Both the position numbers and the translations under genes were made by a program. Positions 45,545 to 48,425 of a stretch of 48,425 nucleotides of DNA are shown piece after piece. The DNA lies in the NCBI GenBank assembly GCA_045642965.1, contig JAZUJX010000101.1:1-48425 (forward strand), in the 5' to 3' direction. Every line of letters starts with the position of its first letter. Position 1 is the stretch's first letter. Source of the stretch: Synergistaceae bacterium (GTDB taxonomy: Bacteria > Synergistota > Synergistia > Synergistales > Synergistaceae). The notes beneath the pieces were generated by a model. That model was not told the origin of the DNA. It made no database searches and worked only from the letters and a program-made list of their open reading frames with translations.

Positions 45545-48019
45545 TCAGTTTTTCTTTGTCTTCCTGTCTTTTTTCGGCTCGTATTTCGCGGAAAGCATTG
45601 CTTTGTTTTTGAAACTCAGTTCTATTCGGTCAAGCAGTTTCTGTTTGACTATGCCGTGTACGGATTTTTTCGGATATTTCCCGTCCGCTCCGGCTTTGCC
45701 CGCCTTAACACCCGTAAGTATCTCAATACCCTCGTCAATGGTTTTGACGCTCCATATATGGAATTTTCCTTTTTTAACCGCTTCAACCACCTCATGGTCA
45801 AGCATAAGGTGCTGTTCGTTCTGGTAAGGTATCATAACGCCCTGCGTTCCAGTAAGTCCGTTCAGTTTGCAATAACTGTAAAAACCTTCAATTTTTTCGT
45901 TCACGCCGCCGATAGGCTGAATATTGCCGAACTGGTCAACGGAACCGGTTACGGCTATATCCTGTCTGAGCGGAAGCCCTGATATGGCGGAAAGCAGACA
46001 GTAAAGCTCTGTTGACGACGCGCTGTCGCCCTCAACGCCTCCGTAGGTCTGCTCAAACGTGATTCTCGCCGCTATTGACAGCGGGAAATCCTGTGCGTAC
46101 ATTTTTCCGAGATACGATGAAAGTATCAGCAGTCCCTTGTTGTGTATGGGGCCGGTCATATTGACCTCGCGTTCAATATTGACAATGCCTTCCTGTCCTG
46201 TAAACACGTTTGCGGTAATGCGTACCGGGGTTCCGAAACAGGAATCAATAAGCGTCAGCACCGTAAGACCGTTAATCTGCCCCACGGCTTCGCCTTTGGT
46301 GTCAATTTTGATTACTCCGTTTCCGTATTCCTCGCGGATTTTTTCTTCAATCATGCCGAGCCTGTATTTCCTTTCGGAAATTGCCTTGCGGACGTGTTCC
46401 ACACCAACGCGCTTTTTCTCTGCCTGACGCGCCCATGCAGTTGACTCGACAAGCAGATTGGCAATTTTGTCAAGCTGCGTGCAGAGCTTGTGTTGATCCT
46501 CCGCTTCGCGCGACGCCCATTCAATTATTTCGGCGACCGCCGACGACGAGAAATTCAGTTTTCCCTCGCGTTCGACAAATCCGGCTACAAATTCTGCAAG
46601 TTCTAGTTCAGTCTTCTTTGTGCGGGGCATATCGGTATCAAAATCAGCACGGATTTTGAACACTTTTTTAAATTCAGGATCGTAATAGTTCAGCAGCGAA
46701 TAGAACCACGGCGTGCCGACAACAACAACCTTCATGTTGATGGGGACAGGCTCCGGACGCAGTGACGAAACAGGAATATAGCCAAGCTGCTCGGCAAGGT
46801 TTTCAATTGAAAGCTCATGGCAGCGCAGAACACGTTTCAGAACGTCCCAGGACATGAACTGACGCAGCAGTTCGTCCGCGTCAAGCAGCAGATAACCGCC
46901 GTTTGCCCTGTGGATTGCGCCGGAGGTAATGCGGCGGAAGTCCGTATTGAGGTTTCCGAGTTTGCTCTCGTATTCCACTTTGCCGACGAGATTGTAATAA
47001 TTCGGGTTCGTTTCCCTGATTACCGGCGCGCCGTTTTTGGGGTCGTTGCACACGAAAGGATTTATCGAATAGCGGCTGAAATCAACCTCTGCATTTTCGT
47101 CGCGCGCCGCGGCAAGAAACATATTGAAATTTGCCACTATGTCCTCGGTATATTCGTCGAACCAGCGCTCAAGTTTTTTGTTCGGGACGTATTTGGCGCG
47201 GAACTCCGCCATAACAGGGTCTATCGCCGTGCGGCAGATTTCGCCTTCCAGCTCGCGTATTTTTTCTTTGAGCTGTTTTTCATATTCTCGGATAACGCGG
47301 AGCGTTTCCAGCGTTTTCTGCGAAATAGCCTCCGAAACCCGCTGAAGCTTTGCCTGTTCCTTTGAAGACAGCGCTTCAAACTCATTCTGCTGCATCTCGC
47401 GAAGCACAGGCTCTGCTTCCTCATCAAGAGTGCCGTCCTGTTTCAGCGGTTTCGCATAGAACAGCGGAAGATTTATAAAGCCCTGCGGCGTGCGTTTCAC
47501 CGCGAATTTTTTCTTCTCCGCCCAGCTGCGGAGATCATCCATAAGCCTGTTAACCTCGTCCTGAAACGCCTTAACCAAAACGGCTTTGTTGTCTTCGTAT
47601 TCGCTGTTGTCAAAGGCTTTTGAAAGTGTCTGCTTAATGTCGTCAACCGCCGCTTCGGCGTCTTTTGCAAGCTTTTTGCCCTGTCCGGCAGGGAGGTTAA
47701 TCGCTATCGGTGCATCTGGCTCGTCAAAATTGTTGACGTAGACCCAGTCGTCAGGCGCAGGCATATTTGCCGCGCGGCGTTTGAGTTCCTTAACCGCATA
47801 AGACGTGCGCCCGCTTCCGGCTTCTCCGACTATAAAAATGTTGTACCCCTTTGAATTTACGTCAAGCCCGAACTTAACCGCGCTTGTGGCGCGTTCCTGT
47901 CCTATAAGTCCTCCTCCGAAACCGGAAAGACTTTTTGTAGTTGCGAAGCCGAGCGACGCAGGGTCGCAGCAGTTGCGAAGCTGCTCAGCCTTCAGCATTT
48001 TATTTTCAATAAGAGACAT
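45545..48019 (-). CDS. Lon-like protease (COG1067/LonC-like): AAA-like domain with a large helical insertion plus a C-terminal Lon S16 protease domain
   Basis: 824 aa. Walker A-like GEAGSGRTS (Arg in place of the usual Lys), a long Glu/Lys-rich helical insert (~aa 120-330) and LLLDADEL. The protease domain has GVEGDSASSTELYCLLSAISGLP (Ser nucleophile) and GGVNEKIEGF (Lys). A GGAGG RBS lies 7 nt upstream of the ATG. Confidence 0.88.
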   Translation of the reverse strand: MSLIENKMLKAEQLRNCCDPASLGFATTKSLSGFGGGLIGQERATSAVKFGLDVNSKGYNIFIVGEAGSGRTSYAVKELKRRAANMPAPDDWVYVNNFDEPDAPIAINLPAGQGKKLAKDAEAAVDDIKQTLSKAFDNSEYEDNKAVLVKAFQDEVNRLMDDLRSWAEKKKFAVKRTPQGFINLPLFYAKPLKQDGTLDEEAEPVLREMQQNEFEALSSKEQAKLQRVSEAISQKTLETLRVIREYEKQLKEKIRELEGEICRTAIDPVMAEFRAKYVPNKKLERWFDEYTEDIVANFNMFLAAARDENAEVDFSRYSINPFVCNDPKNGAPVIRETNPNYYNLVGKVEYESKLGNLNTDFRRITSGAIHRANGGYLLLDADELLRQFMSWDVLKRVLRCHELSIENLAEQLGYIPVSSLRPEPVPINMKVVVVGTPWFYSLLNYYDPEFKKVFKIRADFDTDMPRTKKTELELAEFVAGFVEREGKLNFSSSAVAEIIEWASREAEDQHKLCTQLDKIANLLVESTAWARQAEKKRVGVEHVRKAISERKYRLGMIEEKIREEYGNGVIKIDTKGEAVGQINGLTVLTLIDSCFGTPVRITANVFTGQEGIVNIEREVNMTGPIHNKGLLILSSYLGKMYAQDFPLSIAARITFEQTYGGVEGDSASSTELYCLLSAISGLPLRQDIAVTGSVDQFGNIQPIGGVNEKIEGFYSYCKLNGLTGTQGVMIPYQNEQHLMLDHEVVEAVKKGKFHIWSVKTIDEGIEILTGVKAGKAGADGKYPKKSVHGIVKQKLLDRIELSFKNKAMLSAKYEPKKDRKTKKN

Positions 48020-48052
48020 CAGACTACCTCCGTGTATGATTTTCCGCCGGTT

Positions 48053-48081
48053 ATGATATATTAAAAGTCCTTTGTTGGCAA
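48053..48081 (-). promoter_or_regulatory. Candidate promoter of the Lon-like protease gene
   Basis: The minus strand reads TTGCCA (48081-48076), a 17-nt spacer, then TATCAT (48058-48053). Confidence 0.4.
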
Positions 48082-48287
48082 ATACAAATCTTGACTAATC
48101 TCTCACAACGAATACTCTTGGACGTCCCCCTGCATGGACAGATGTGTTTTTGTGTTCTTTTTCAGAAAATTGGTTACCATTTAGAATAGCTTTACACCTT
48201 CCGTAAATATATCGGCAAAAAATGTTTATACGGTGGTTGCTTGCAAACAAACTTCTGAACCTTCGGAAATTTGTGAAAGTCTTATTC

Positions 48288-48321
48288 AAAAAAAAGAGAA
48301 AGCAGCTCACCCTGCTTTCTC
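48288..48321 (-). terminator. Intrinsic terminator downstream of the cold-shock protein gene
   Basis: The minus strand reads GAGAAAGCAG-ggtgag-CTGCTTTCTC-TTTTTTTT. Confidence 0.85.
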
Positions 48322-48359
48322 CTGTAGATTTCTTTTTTAATCGCTAAAAGAGAAATATA

Positions 48360-48425
48360 CTAAAGTTTTTCGACGTTTGCCGCCTGCGGACCTTTGCTGC
48401 CTTCTGTGATTTCGAAGGAAACTTT
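48360..48425 (-). CDS. Cold-shock protein (CspA family), last 21 codons plus stop; the 5' part lies beyond the window end
   Basis: Reverse-strand translation gives KVSFEITEGSKGPQAANVEKL*, the conserved CSD C-terminus. Confidence 0.8.
   Translation of the reverse strand, partial: KVSFEITEGSKGPQAANVEKL

Noticed and set aside
48041-48075. An AT-rich palindromic-looking stretch (TTATGATATATTAAAAG), considered as a possible dif/Xer site.
   Set aside because: It does not match the XerD-arm consensus (TTATGTAAACT-like). It is better explained as the -10/spacer of the Lon-like gene promoter.
48095-48310. 71-aa minus-strand ORF.
   Set aside because: It starts inside the csp terminator hairpin, has no RBS and resembles no family I recognise.

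Overview
This is a bacterial chromosomal window of about 50% GC, almost entirely core housekeeping genes, and most are on the minus strand. The DnaK sequence, a type-A RNase P RNA, the rapZ-yvcK-whiA trio and an A/V-type ATPase suggest an anaerobic Bacillota/Clostridia-like lineage, but that is inference only.

Content from left to right:
- The dnaK 5' part.
- A nitrogenase-fold (NifD/K-like) gene pair plus an RNA m5C methyltransferase.
- A malic enzyme on the plus strand.
- A roughly 27-kb co-directional minus-strand array: a complete dcw cluster (mraZ-rsmH-ftsL-ftsI-murE-murF-mraY-murD-ftsW-murG-murC-murB-ftsQ-ftsA-ftsZ), then a radical SAM gene, a SPOR-domain gene, rapZ-yvcK-whiA, a glycogen debranching enzyme and gap-pgk-tpiA.
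- RNase P RNA (rnpB) and a dCMP deaminase.
- A nine-gene A/V-type ATPase operon in archaeal order (H-I-K-E-C-F-A-B-D).
- A flavin reductase, an unlisted 47-aa zinc-ribbon ORF and a secreted MBL-fold hydrolase.
- A tRNA operon, Leu(UAA)-fMet-Met.
- An EndoIII-like glycosylase tightly coupled to an 824-aa Lon-like protease.
- The 3' end of a cold-shock protein gene.

I found no CRISPR array, transposase, integrase, phage gene or recognisable defence system.

The most unusual signal is ORF 946..1650. It reads in frame from the first ~147 aa of a nitrogenase-fold protein straight into the last ~79 aa of GrpE, directly upstream of dnaK. This is either a real deletion/fusion that removes the GrpE N-terminus or an assembly chimera.

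Secondary observations:
- The nitrogenase-fold pair has no NifH-type partner in view.
- Two sets of GTGG (MraZ-box-like) repeats flank the dcw promoter.
- A 6-unit, 15-bp tandem repeat lies upstream of the dCMP deaminase.
- The ATPase K subunit carries a complete Na+-binding signature.
- The Lon-like protease has a Walker A Lys-to-Arg change and is coupled to a DNA glycosylase.
- A radical SAM gene abuts the ftsZ stop codon.
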